A DNA stretch of 64,000 nt, from positions 291,958,001-292,022,000 of the forward strand of contig OZ024742.1 in the NCBI GenBank assembly GCA_964016885.1, written 5' to 3'. The stretch comes from Eledone cirrhosa. Lineage: Eukaryota. Made by a program: the position numbers and the translations under genes. This document shows, piece by piece, positions 40,477-53,971 of the stretch. Within the stretch, counting starts at the first letter, position 1; every line of letters starts with the position of its first letter. The notes under the pieces were generated by a model. The model made no database searches, was not told the DNA's origin, and worked only from the letters and a program-made list of their open reading frames with translations.

Positions 40477-40558
40477 ACTCCAACTAATTAGTTTCTGCAA
40501 TGGGATAAAGACAGTTACGTAATCCAACTGTCGAGAATTCATTGCGTCATCAGGGAGT
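40477..40558 (-). ncRNA. Type I hammerhead ribozyme, unit 2 (GUU triplet)
   Basis: Same fold with an intact stem I (ACTCC/GGAGT) and GAAAC TAATTA GTT. Confidence 0.72.
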
Positions 40559-41032
40559 CTATTCTCAGCTGAGTCTCCAGGCAATGCGCGGACACTGGCG
40601 GCTCATATAAAAATAATAATAATTCGGTAGAAAGAACAGCTGGCGAGGACTGGATTCTATGTACTGAAATTCTCACTGCTTCTAGTCAAATGGCCGATTC
40701 TAAAGAATCAATCACGTGACACAGAGGCTAGTTAGAAGGAATGGGATGGTAAGATGACTGACGCCTACTAACACCCCAAAAAAAATTTAGAAGTGGTTTT
40801 GGCAGGTTTGCTCGACAAATCAGTGATTTGGAGATAAATATAGATAATTTAATATATCAACTAACATAGGCGCACAGATGCACGTCCATACCAGCAAATA
40901 CACAGGTTATGTCATAGTACCTAGGTGGTTCAATGCAGGAGGGTGCAGAACAATAATATAAAAGACGTAAAATAAGAAAATACTTTTAAAAAAATTTTTA
41001 AAAATTTTTTTTACTTACTTACTTAAATTTTC

Positions 41033-41114
41033 ACTCCGACTAATTAGTTTCTGCAATGGGATAAAGACAGTTACGTAATCCAACTGTCGAGAATTCATTG
41101 CGTCATCAGGGAGT
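41033..41114 (-). ncRNA. Type I hammerhead ribozyme, unit 3 (canonical GUC triplet)
   Basis: Minus strand: ACTCC CTGATGA C GCAATG aattctc GACAGTT ggattacgt AACTGTC tttatcc CATTGC A GAAAC TAATTA GTC GGAGT. Predicted cut between 41038 and 41037. Confidence 0.8.
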
Positions 41115-41913
41115 CTATTCTCAGCTGAGTCTCCAGGCAATGCGCGGACACTGGCGGCTCATATAAAAATAATAATAATTCGGTAGAAAGAACAGCTGGC
41201 GAGGACTGGATTCTATGTACTGAAATTCTCACTGCTTCTAGTCAAATGGCCGATTCTAAAGAATCAATCACGTGACACAGAGGCTAGTTAGAAGGAATGG
41301 GATGGTAAGATGACTGACGCCTACTAACACCCCAAAAAAAATTTAGAAGTGGTTTTGGCAGGTTTGCTCGACAAATCAGTGATTTGGAGATAAATATAGA
41401 TAATTTAATATATCAACTAACATAGGCGCACAGATGTACGTCCATGCCAGCAAATACACAGGTTATGTCATAGTACCTAGGTGGTTCAATGCAGGAGGGT
41501 GCAGAACAATAATATAAAAGACGCAAAATAAGAAAATACTTTAAAAAAAATTTAAAAAAATTTTTTTACTTATGTATGTATATGTATATGTATGTATATG
41601 TATATGTATGTATATATATATGTATATGTATGTATATATATGTATATGTATGTATATATATATATATATGTATGTATATATATGTATATGTATGTATATA
41701 TATATATATATGTATGTATATATATATGTATGTATGTATATATATATATATATGTATGTATGTATATATGTATGTATGTATATATGTATATGTATGTATA
41801 TATGTATGTATATGTATGTATATATGTATATGTATGTATGTATATATGTATATGTATGTATATATATATATATGTATGTATGTATATATATATATATATA
41901 TATGTATGTATAT

Positions 41914-42268
41914 GCAAAAGTTTTATTTAAAATTGTTGGGATACAACAAGTAAATATTTTATAAGCGATATAAAGCACTCGACAAGTTTTTGGAGTAGAT
42001 ATACGATATTAAACAAATGGAAACTATATTTATAAAACCATATTTATTTCATTATACATATTTCAGGGATACCATTATGATAGGAGAATGGCTTGGTAGT
42101 ACCATCCTATCTTAATGGTCACTTATATTTATGGTACATCAAAATTATTTATAAAACTGTTTATATATTGTATTTTATCTGACGAAGGCATGCCATATTT
42201 TAAATATGGTATCCCTGAAATATGTATAATGAAATAAATATAGTTTCCATTTGTTTAATATCGTATAT
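41914..42268 (+). mobile_element. Short Penelope-type relic with ~60-bp inverted repeats and a hammerhead-like core
   Basis: 42001-42075 is inverted relative to 42206-42266. CTGACGA-AGGCATGCCATATTT-t-AAATATGGTATCCCT-GAAA at 42179-42220. Confidence 0.6.
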
Positions 42269-42274
42269 GTATGT

Positions 42275-43398
42275 ATCATCATCATCATCATCATCAACGT
42301 TTAACGTCCGTGTTCCACGCTTGCATGGGTTTGGACGGGGGTAGTCCCACTTGAGGCAAGAGTGATTGTCTTGCTCGCATAGGACTGTCTGGCAGGTTTT
42401 CTACAGTTGGATGCCCTTCCCAACACCAACCACATTTACAGTGTGGGACTGGGAGGTTTTTACCGTGTTGCCTACACGGCCACATTACAGCGTGGACTGT
42501 GTGTTTTTTTGTCGTGACACCTACACGATCTCATTTGTTTCGGCCTCGATGGCGCGGCACCAACATAACTTTACATAGAACGGGGTGGTGTGGATCGGGT
42601 GGGGGTGGTGGTGGTGGGACGGGGTGTATTTTGTTAGAGATGCCTACTGGCTGGAGTAGGTTTTACTATATATTTAGGTAAGGCGGGTCTTCTCTGTTAC
42701 TGAGTACCGCCAAAGGTCTCGGTCCAGTGACATTGTCTTGGAGAGGTGTAAGTGTGTGATGTCGGAGTTTATCAGCTCGTCCCAGGTTTTTCTAGGTCTG
42801 CCTATTCCGTGACTACCGTCTATCTTTATTGCCCTGCACTTTGTTATACAGCTATCGACTTTCATGCGCATCACGTGTCCATACCAACGTAGCCTTCTCT
42901 CGAGTAAACAACATCTGATCCCTCTTATCTCTAATTTTTTCCTTAGTTCGTTTATGCTTTGCCGTTCACGTATATTACTGTTACACATCCAGCGGAGCAT
43001 GCAAGCTTCGTTCCTCTCTAGTCTGCGTATATCCTCTGCACACAATGCCCAGGTCTCACTGCCATGCAGCATTGCTGTTCGTATGCAGGCATCGTACAAC
43101 CTGCCTTTCATTTTTAGTGAGAACCCTTTAGCAGCTAATAGTGGTATAAGCTCTCTGAACTTTTTCCAACCAGTTCTGACTCTAGCTACAGTACTTTCAG
43201 AGCACCCTCCCCCACTGCTGATTTTATCGCCCAGGTAACGGAAGCTGTCCACTATTTCTATAGAACCCTCTGCGCAATTGAAAGAGCTAGTAGTTTGTGG
43301 GCACTTGCTGCTACTTATTGCACCAGAGCACCGGCCACATGTAAAATCTATGTTCTTAGTTAGCTTACCTGTGATCCCACTACATCTTTTATGCACCC
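42275..43398 (-). mobile_element. RTE-A LINE, 5'-truncated
   Basis: VHKRCSG...TEKTRLT*, 3' UTR and (ATC)n tail. Confidence 0.95.
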
Positions 43399-43405
43399 GT
43401 ATATG

Positions 43406-43473
<68 letters not shown>

Positions 43474-43475
43474 TG

Positions 43476-43507
<32 letters not shown>

Positions 43508-43547
43508 TATATGTATGTATATATATATATATGTATGTATATATATG

Positions 43548-43581
<34 letters not shown>

Positions 43582-43589
43582 TATATATG

Positions 43590-43621
<32 letters not shown>

Positions 43622-43641
43622 TGTATGTATGTATATATATG

Positions 43642-43673
<32 letters not shown>

Positions 43674-43675
43674 TG

Positions 43676-43707
<32 letters not shown>

Positions 43708-44003
43708 TATATGTATGTATATATATATATATGTATGTATATATATATATATATGTATGTATATATATATATGTATGTATATATATATATATATGTATGT
43801 ATATATATATATATATGTATGTATATATATATATGTATGTATATATATATATATATATGTATGTATATATATATATATATATGTATGTATATATATATAT
43901 ATATGTATGTATATATATATATATATGTATGTATGTATATATATATATATGTATGTATGTATATATATATATGTATATATATGTATGTATGTATGTATGT
44001 ATA

Positions 44004-44036
<33 letters not shown>

Positions 44037-44607
44037 ATATATGTATGTATGTATGTATATGTATATATATATATGTATATATATGTATGTATGTATGTAT
44101 ATGTATATATATATATGTATATATATGTATGTATGTATGTATATGTATATATATATATGTATATATATGTATGTATGTATGTATATGTATATATATATAT
44201 GTATATATATGTATGTATGTATGTATATGTATATATATATATGTATATATATGTATGTATGTATGTATATGTATATATATATATGTATATATATGTATGT
44301 ATGTATGTATATGTATATATATATATGTATATATATGTATGTATGTATGTATATGTATATATATATATGTATATATATGTATGTATGTATGTATATGTAT
44401 ATATATATATGTATATATATGTATGTATGTATGTATATGTATATATATATATGTATATATATGTATGTATGTATATGTATATATATATATGTATATATAT
44501 GTATGTATGTATGTATATGTATATATATATATGTATATATATGTATGTATGTATATATATATATGTATATATATGTATGTATGTATGTATATGTATATAT
44601 ATATATG

Positions 44608-44668
<61 letters not shown>

Positions 44669-44673
44669 GTATG

Positions 44674-44736
<63 letters not shown>

Positions 44737-44746
44737 GTATGTATAT

Positions 44747-44823
<77 letters not shown>

Positions 44824-44825
44824 TG

Positions 44826-44858
<33 letters not shown>

Positions 44859-44886
44859 GTATGTATATATATATATGTATGTATGT

Positions 44887-44920
<34 letters not shown>

Positions 44921-45107
44921 GTATATATGTATATATATATATATGTATGTATATATATATATGTATGTATGTATATATGTATGTATATATATATATGTAT
45001 GTATGTATATATGTATGTATATATATATATGTATGTATGTATATATGTATATATATATATATGTATGTATATATATATATGTATGTATGTATATATGTAT
45101 GTATATA

Positions 45108-45367
45108 TGTGCAGTGCCTTTGCTCACTATAAAAGCTTCACGGCACAGGCATTGCTTTATATCTGGAGATCTCTCTGCACTTGTCGTGACATGGTACCAT
45201 GGGCCCAGCACTATGTGTCAATAATTGTCACAAGTGTAGTGTTTGTACCAGAGTTTTCAAGTCGCTGGCTGGACTAAAAAGTCACACTCGTTCAGCGCAT
45301 CAGTAGGGGTTCTCCTACATGGATATAAAGTAGTGGCCGTACTCGAAAACGAGTTGGCAGCCACCAT
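45108..45367 (+). mobile_element. RTE-C 3' end fragment
   Basis: Near-identical to 29745-30002, including the terminal CTCG-AAAA-CGAG hairpin. Confidence 0.75.
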
Positions 45368-45683
45368 GTATATATATATATGTATGTATGTATATATGTA
45401 TATATATATATATGTATGTATATATATATATGTATGTATGTATATATATATATGTATGTATGTATATATGTATATATATATATATGTATGTATATATATA
45501 TATGTATGTATGTATATATATGTATGTATGTATATATGTATATATATGTATGTATATATATATATGTATGTATGTATATATATATATGTATGTATGTATA
45601 TGTATGTATGTATGTATATGTATGTATGTATGTATATATATGTATGTATGTATATATATATATGTATGTATATATATATATGT

Positions 45684-45779
<96 letters not shown>

Positions 45780-45843
45780 GTATGTATGTATGTATATATA
45801 TGTATGTATGTATATATATATATGTATGTATATATATATATGT

Positions 45844-45942
<99 letters not shown>

Positions 45943-45962
45943 TGTATGTATGTATATATATG

Positions 45963-46000
<38 letters not shown>

Positions 46001-46012
46001 TATGTATGTATG

Positions 46013-46045
<33 letters not shown>

Positions 46046-46158
46046 ATATGTATATATATATACGTATGTATGTATATATGTATATATATATATGTATGTA
46101 TGTATATATGTATATATATATATGTATGTATGTATATATGTATATATATATATGTATT

Positions 46159-46503
46159 GGAGGCACGTGGCTTAGTGGTTAGAGCATTGGCCTTGCAATC
46201 GAAAGGTTGTGAGTTCAATTCTCAGACCGGGTGATGTGTTGTTTCCTTGAGCAAGACACTTTATTCCACATTGCTCCAGTTTACTCAGCTGTAGAAATGA
46301 GATGATAGGGACTGGGGTCCCTATCATTCCACTGCAAAGTGGTCGTGGAGGTGCCACGGCAAAAAAGCACCCTGCACTCACTGTAAATGAGGTTGGTGTT
46401 AGGAAGGGCATCCAGCTGTAGAAATCAAGCCAGAATCAGTTCCCGTCCCACCCTTGCAAGCAGGGAAAAGTGGACGTAAAATGAGATGATGATGATGATG
46501 ATG
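46159..46503 (+). mobile_element. Composite tRNA SINE with RTE-B tail (copy 2)
   Basis: A box TGGCTTAGTGG, B box GAGTTCAATTC, tail cccgtcccacccttgcaagcagggaaaagtggacgtaaaat, then (GAT)n. Confidence 0.88.
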
Positions 46504-46972
46504 TATGTATGTATATATGTATATATATATATATATGTATGTATATATGTATATATATATATATGTATGTATATATGTATATATATATATATGTATGTAT
46601 ATATGTATATATATATATATGTATGTATGTATATATATATATATGTATGTATGTATATATATATATATGTATGTATGTATATATATATATGTATGTATGT
46701 ATATATATATATATGTATGTATGTATATATATATATATGTATGTATATATGTATATATATATATATATGTATGTATGTATATATATATATATGTATATAT
46801 GTATATATATATATGTATGTATGTATATATATATATATGTATGTATATATATATATGTATGTATGTATATATATATATGTATGTATGTATATATATATAT
46901 ATGTATGTATATATATATATATATATGTATGTATATATGTATATATATATATATATGTATGTATGTATGTAT

Positions 46973-47008
<36 letters not shown>

Positions 47009-47018
47009 GTATGTATGT

Positions 47019-47059
<41 letters not shown>

Positions 47060-47440
47060 TATGTATGTATGTATATATATATATATGTATGTATGTATAT
47101 ATATATATATATATATATATGTTTGTATGTATATATATATATATGTTTGTATGTATATATATATATATGTTTGTATGTATATATATATATGTATGTATAT
47201 ATATATATATGTATGTATGTATATATATATATGTATGTATATATATATATATGTATGTATGTATATATATATGTATGTATGTATGTATATATATATATGT
47301 ATGTATGTATATATATATATATATGTATGTATATATATATATATGTATGTATGTATATATATATATGTATGTATATATATATATATGTATGTATATATAT
47401 ATGTATGTATATATATATGTATGTATGTATATATATATAT

Positions 47441-48345
47441 ATCATCATCATCATCATTTTACGTCCGCTTTTCCCTGCTTGCAAGGGTGGGACGGGTCTT
47501 ATTCAGCACAGCATCTCTCCACTCGTCACGGTCCCTCGTCATCTCCACCGTGAGCTTCAATGATCTGAGGTCTGTTCTCACCACCTCCACCCATGTTTTT
47601 CGTGGTCTACCTCTACTACGTCTTCCTTCAACTGGCATTTCCTGGCACTTCTTCACCCATCGGTCATCCTCCATGCGCATCACATGTCCATACCACCTCA
47701 GTCTCCTCTCCCGTACACTACATTCTATCCCTCTCAGACACAGTTTCTCTCTCAACACATTTATGCTGGGTCGTTCACGCACATTTACACTGCACATCCA
47801 ATGGAGCATGCTTGCCTCATTTCTCTCCAGCCGTCGCATATCTTCTGCGGTAGCTGCCCATGTCTCACTACCATGCAGCATCGCGCTCCTCACACAGGCA
47901 TCATACAACCGGCCTTTCGTACGCAGGGAGAAACCCTTCTTCGTCAACAGAGGAAGCAGCTCCCTAAACTTCTTCCAACCCGTCCTTATTCTAGATACTA
48001 TGGCCTCGGAACACCCTCCTCCCATGCTAATCTGATCTCCTAGGTACCGGAAGCTATCCACCACTTCTATAGCGCCCTCTCGCATTTGAAAAATGTGTCT
48101 ATCAGTGCGACTTCTACTGTCTAATTTCCCTGTACATCTACTGCATACATATTTCTCCCTACCTGTTAGTTTGCCTGCTATCCCGCTACATCTCTTGTGT
48201 ACCCAGGAGCTACATTGTGTGCATTTTATAGAATTTATGCCAGTTCCTTTTCTGCATATCGAACATGGCCATTTCCCTGACGGAATCAGGGTTTTGTCCT
48301 CTTTTCTACTCATCAACACTTTTGTCTTAGCTAGATTTACTCTCA
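47441..48345 (-). mobile_element. RTE-B LINE, 5'-truncated, open to its stop codon
   Basis: ORF 47459-48346 (RVNLAKTKV...TLASREKRT*) is followed immediately by the tail. Highly similar to 6816-7715. Confidence 0.95.
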
Positions 48346-48427
48346 TATGTATGTATATATATATATATATATGTATGTATATATATATATATATATGTAT
48401 GTATATATATATATATATATATGTATG

Positions 48428-48495
<68 letters not shown>

Positions 48496-48529
48496 TATAT
48501 GTATGTATATATATATATATATATGTATG

Positions 48530-49523
48530 TCATCATCATCATCATCATCAGGTTTAGCGTCCGTGTTCCACGCTTGCATGGGTTTGGACGGGGGTTTTCC
48601 CACTTGAGGCAAGAGTGGTTGTCTTGCTCGCATAGGACTGTCTGGCGGGTTTTCTACAGTTGGATGCCCTTCCTAACACCAACCACATTTACAGTGTGGG
48701 GCTGGGAGGTTTTTACCGTGTTGCCTACACGGCCACATTACAGCGTGGACTGTCTGGCGGGTTTTCTACAGCTGGATGCCCTTCCTAACACCAACCACAT
48801 TTACAGTGTGGGGCTGGGAGGTTTTTACCGTGTTGCCTACACGGCCACATTTACAGCGTGGACTGTGTGTTTTTTGTCGTGACACCTACACGATCTCATT
48901 TGTTTCGGCCTGGATGTTGTGGGACCAACATAACTTTACATTGAAAGGGGCGGTGTGGGTGGGGTGGAGGTGGTGGGACGGGGGTGTGTTTTGATAGAGG
49001 TGCCTACTGACTGTAGTAGGTTTTTACTTTGTATTTAGGTAAGGCGGGTCTTCTCTATTACTGAGTACCGCCAAAGGTCTCGGTCCAGTGACATTGTCTT
49101 GGAGAGGTGTAAGCGTGTGAGGTCGGAATTTATCAGCTCGTCCCATGTTTTTCTGGGTCTGCCTACTCCGTGGCTACCGTCTATCTTTATTGCCCTGCAC
49201 TTTGTTATACAGCTGTCGTCTTTCATGCGCATCACGTGACCGTACCAACGTAGCCTTCTCTCGAGTAAACAACATCTGATCCCTCTTATTTCTAATTTTT
49301 TCCATAGTTCGTTTATGCTTTGCCGTTCACGTATATTACTATTGCACATCCAGCGGAGCATGCAAGCTTCGTTCCTCTCTAGTCTGCGTATATCCTCTGC
49401 ACACAATGCCCAGGTCTCACTGCCATGCAGCATTGCTGTTCGTATGCAGGCATCGTATAACCTGCCTTTCATTTTTAGGGAGAACCCTCTAGCGGCTAAT
49501 AGTGGTATAAGCTCTCTGAACTT
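48530..49523 (-). mobile_element. RTE-A LINE, 5'-truncated, with 112-bp tandem duplication in the 3' UTR
   Basis: KFRELIPLL...EKTRLT*; ggactgtctggcggg occurs at 48635 and 48747. Confidence 0.93.
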
Positions 49524-49542
49524 ATGTATGTATATACTTATG

Positions 49543-49617
<75 letters not shown>

Positions 49618-49623
49618 ATATAT

Positions 49624-52224
49624 ATCATCATCATCATCATCATCATCATCAACGTTTAACGTCCGTGTTCCACGCTTGCATGGGTTTGGACGGGGGTAGT
49701 CCCACTTGAGGCAAGAGTGATTGTCTTGCTCGCATAGGACTGTCTGGCAGGTTTTCTACAGTTGGATGCCCTTCCTAACACCAACCACATTTACAGTGTG
49801 GGTCTGGGAGGTTTTTACCGTGTTGCCTACACGGCCACATTACAGCGTGGACTGTGTGTTTTTTTGTCGTGACACCTACACGATCTCATTTGTTTCGGCC
49901 CGGATGGCGCGGCACCAACATAACTTTACATAGGACGGGGTGGTGTGGATGGGGTGGGGGTGGTGGTGGTGGGACGGGGTGTATTTTGTTAGAGATGCCT
50001 ACTGGCAAGGCGGGTCTTCTCTGTTACTGAGTACCGCCAAAGGTCTCGGTCCAGTGACATTGTCTTGGAGAGGTGTAAGTGTGTGAGGTCGGAGTTTATC
50101 AGCTCGTCCCAGGTTTTTCTAGGTCTGCCTATTCCGTGGCTACCGTCTATCTTTATTGCCCTGCACTTTGTTATACAGCTATCGACTTTCATGCGCATCA
50201 CGTGTCCATACCAACGTAGCCTTCTCTCGAGTAAACAACATCTGATCCCTCTTATCTCTAATTTTTTCCTTAGTTCGTTTATGCTTTGCCGTTCACGTAT
50301 ATTACTGTTACACATCCAGCGGAGCATGCAAGCTTCGTTCCTCTCTAGTCTGCGTATATCCTCTGCACACAATGCCCAGGTCTCACTGCCATGCAACATT
50401 GCTGTTCGTATGCAGGCATCGTACAACCTGCCTTTCATTTTTAGGGAGAACCCTTTAGCAGCTAATAGTGGTATAAGCTCTCTGAACTTTTTCCAACCAG
50501 TTCTGACTCTAGCTACAGTACTTTCAGAGCACCTTCCCCCACTGCTGATTTTATCGCCCAGGTAACGGAAGCTGTCCACTATTTCTATAGAACCCTCTGC
50601 GCAATTGAAAGAGCTAGTATTGTGTGGGCACTTGCTGCTACTTATTGCACCAGAACACCGGCCACATGTAAAATCTATGTTCTTAGTTAGCTTACCTGTG
50701 ATCCCACTACATCTTTTATGCACCCATACTTTGCATTTAGGACACAAAATGGAGTTTCTACCTACGCCTTTCCTACACACCGAGCACGACCATTTCCCAG
50801 AAGGGACCGCCGCCTTGTTTTCTTTCCTACAAACTAGAACTTTGGTCTTAGCCAGGTTAATTTTAAGTCCTTTTGACTCTAGGCCGTGCTTCCATGTTTG
50901 GAATTTCTTCTCTAGCTCGGCCATTGATTCCGCTATGAGTGTCAGGTCGTCTGCGTATAGGAGTTCCCATGGGCAGCCTGTCTTGAACTCCTCTGTTATA
51001 GCCTGAAGGGCAATAATAAATAGTAGGGGGCTGAGAACAGAGCCCTGATGGACGCCAACTTTTACGCTAAACTCTTCACTATATTCGTTGTTAATTCTAA
51101 CCTTGCTGACTGTTTCTTTATACATGGCTTGTATAGCCCTCACAAGCCATTCGTCAACGCCTAGTTTTCTAAGAGCCCACCAGATAATGGAGCGGGGGAC
51201 TCTGTCGAAGGCTTTCTCCAAGTCGACAAAAGCTAAGTAGAGGGGTTTACCTTTAGCTAGGTACTTCTCCTGTAGTTGTCGTACTATGAAAAGAGCGTCT
51301 GTGGTACTTTTGCCTGACACAAACCCGAACTGCATTTCATCTAGGTCAATTCTCTCTCTGATTAGTTGCGCTATTACTTTTTCTGTGACCTTCATGACCT
51401 GGTCGATTAATTTAATGCCTCTATAGTTACTCCTATCTAGGGCGTCTCCTTTACCCTTATAACAGTTAACGATGATGCTGCTATGCCAGTCCTTCGGAAC
51501 AACCCCATTCTGTACGACTTGGTTAACTATGCGGGTGACCATGGTGTGTCCCACCGTGCCAGATGCCTTCAGCATCTCAGCAACTATTTCCGAAGGCCCA
51601 GCCGCCTTACCTGTCTTCATATCCTTGATTGCCTTACTTATTATACTCCCCTCGACTAACACTGCTGGTCCCTCTATTGGGTCGACATGGGGGAGACTGT
51701 CTTTCTCCCATTTATTCTCCTCATTTAGTAGCCTTTCATAGTGACACTTCCAAGCTGCCTTCTTATCAGTGTCGGTGATGGCAAGTATGCCATCATCGTT
51801 AAGTACACACTTCTCCCCGACAATATCACGATTTTCCTTGACGCATTGCCTAGCAATCCTGAACACCTCACGTTTTTGGTCATCGCGTTGTAGGACATGC
51901 TTGAACTTTCTTTCCTCAGCTTCCCTTCTTGCTAAGTACACTTCTCTCCTAGCTTCCCTCCTGGCCACTTGATAGTCTACTCTACTTCCCCCATCCCGCC
52001 ATACTTTCCAAGCCTGCTTTTTGGCCTTAATTGACTCCTCCACCTTACTGTTCCACCACCATGTTACTCTCCTCCTGCCTACAGGCCTGCTCCAGCCACA
52101 GACTTCGTCTGTGGCCAACAGCAGGTTTGCTTTCAGAAATTCCCACTGTCCCTCTATATTGTCCGACTCTAAGTGTTCTTCCTTACTGTCGAAAGCATCA
52201 AGTAATATGTTTTGAAATTTATTT
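49624..52224 (-). mobile_element. RTE-A LINE, 5'-truncated, intact RT frame
   Basis: 709-aa ORF 49989-52118 with all RT motifs. A small deletion removes the normal stop codon. (ATC)n tail. Confidence 0.96.
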
Positions 52225-52245
52225 ATATATATATATGTATGTATG

Positions 52246-52338
<93 letters not shown>

Positions 52339-52377
52339 ATATGTGTATGTATATATATGTATGTATATATATATATG

Positions 52378-52416
<39 letters not shown>

Positions 52417-52795
52417 GTGTATGTATATATATGTATGTATATATATATATGTATGTTTATATATATATATGTATGTATATATGTATGTATATATATATGT
52501 ATGTATATATATATGTATGTATATATATATGTATGTATATATATATGTATGTATATATATATGTATGTATATATATATGTATGTATATATATATGTATGT
52601 ATATATGTATGTATGTATATATGTATGTATATATGTATGTATGTATGTGTATATATATATATATATGTATGTATATATATATATATGTATGTATATATAT
52701 ATGTATGTATGTATATATGTATGTATGTATGTATATATATATATATGTATGTATATATATATGTATATATATATATATGTATGTATATATATATG

Positions 52796-52826
<31 letters not shown>

Positions 52827-53009
52827 GTATGTATATATATATGTATGTATGTATATATATATGTATGTATATATATATGTATGTATATATATATGTATGT
52901 ATATATATATGTATGTATATATATATGTATATATATATGTATGTATATATATATGTATGTATATATATATATATGTATGTATATATATATCTATGTATGT
53001 ATATATATA

Positions 53010-53853
<844 letters not shown>

Positions 53854-53930
53854 TGTATATATATATGTATGTATGTATATATATATGTATGTATATATAT
53901 ATGTATGTATATATATATATATATGTATGT

Positions 53931-53971
<41 letters not shown>

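Larger units (their letters stand above)
39751..41572 (-). repeat. Tandem array of ~544-bp non-coding units (3.3 copies), each full unit with a type I hammerhead; candidate retrozyme
   Basis: ggcgcacagatg at 39781, 40325, 40869 and 41425 (periods 544, 544, 556). Units are nearly identical and the ORF track lists no ORF inside them. Confidence 0.9.
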
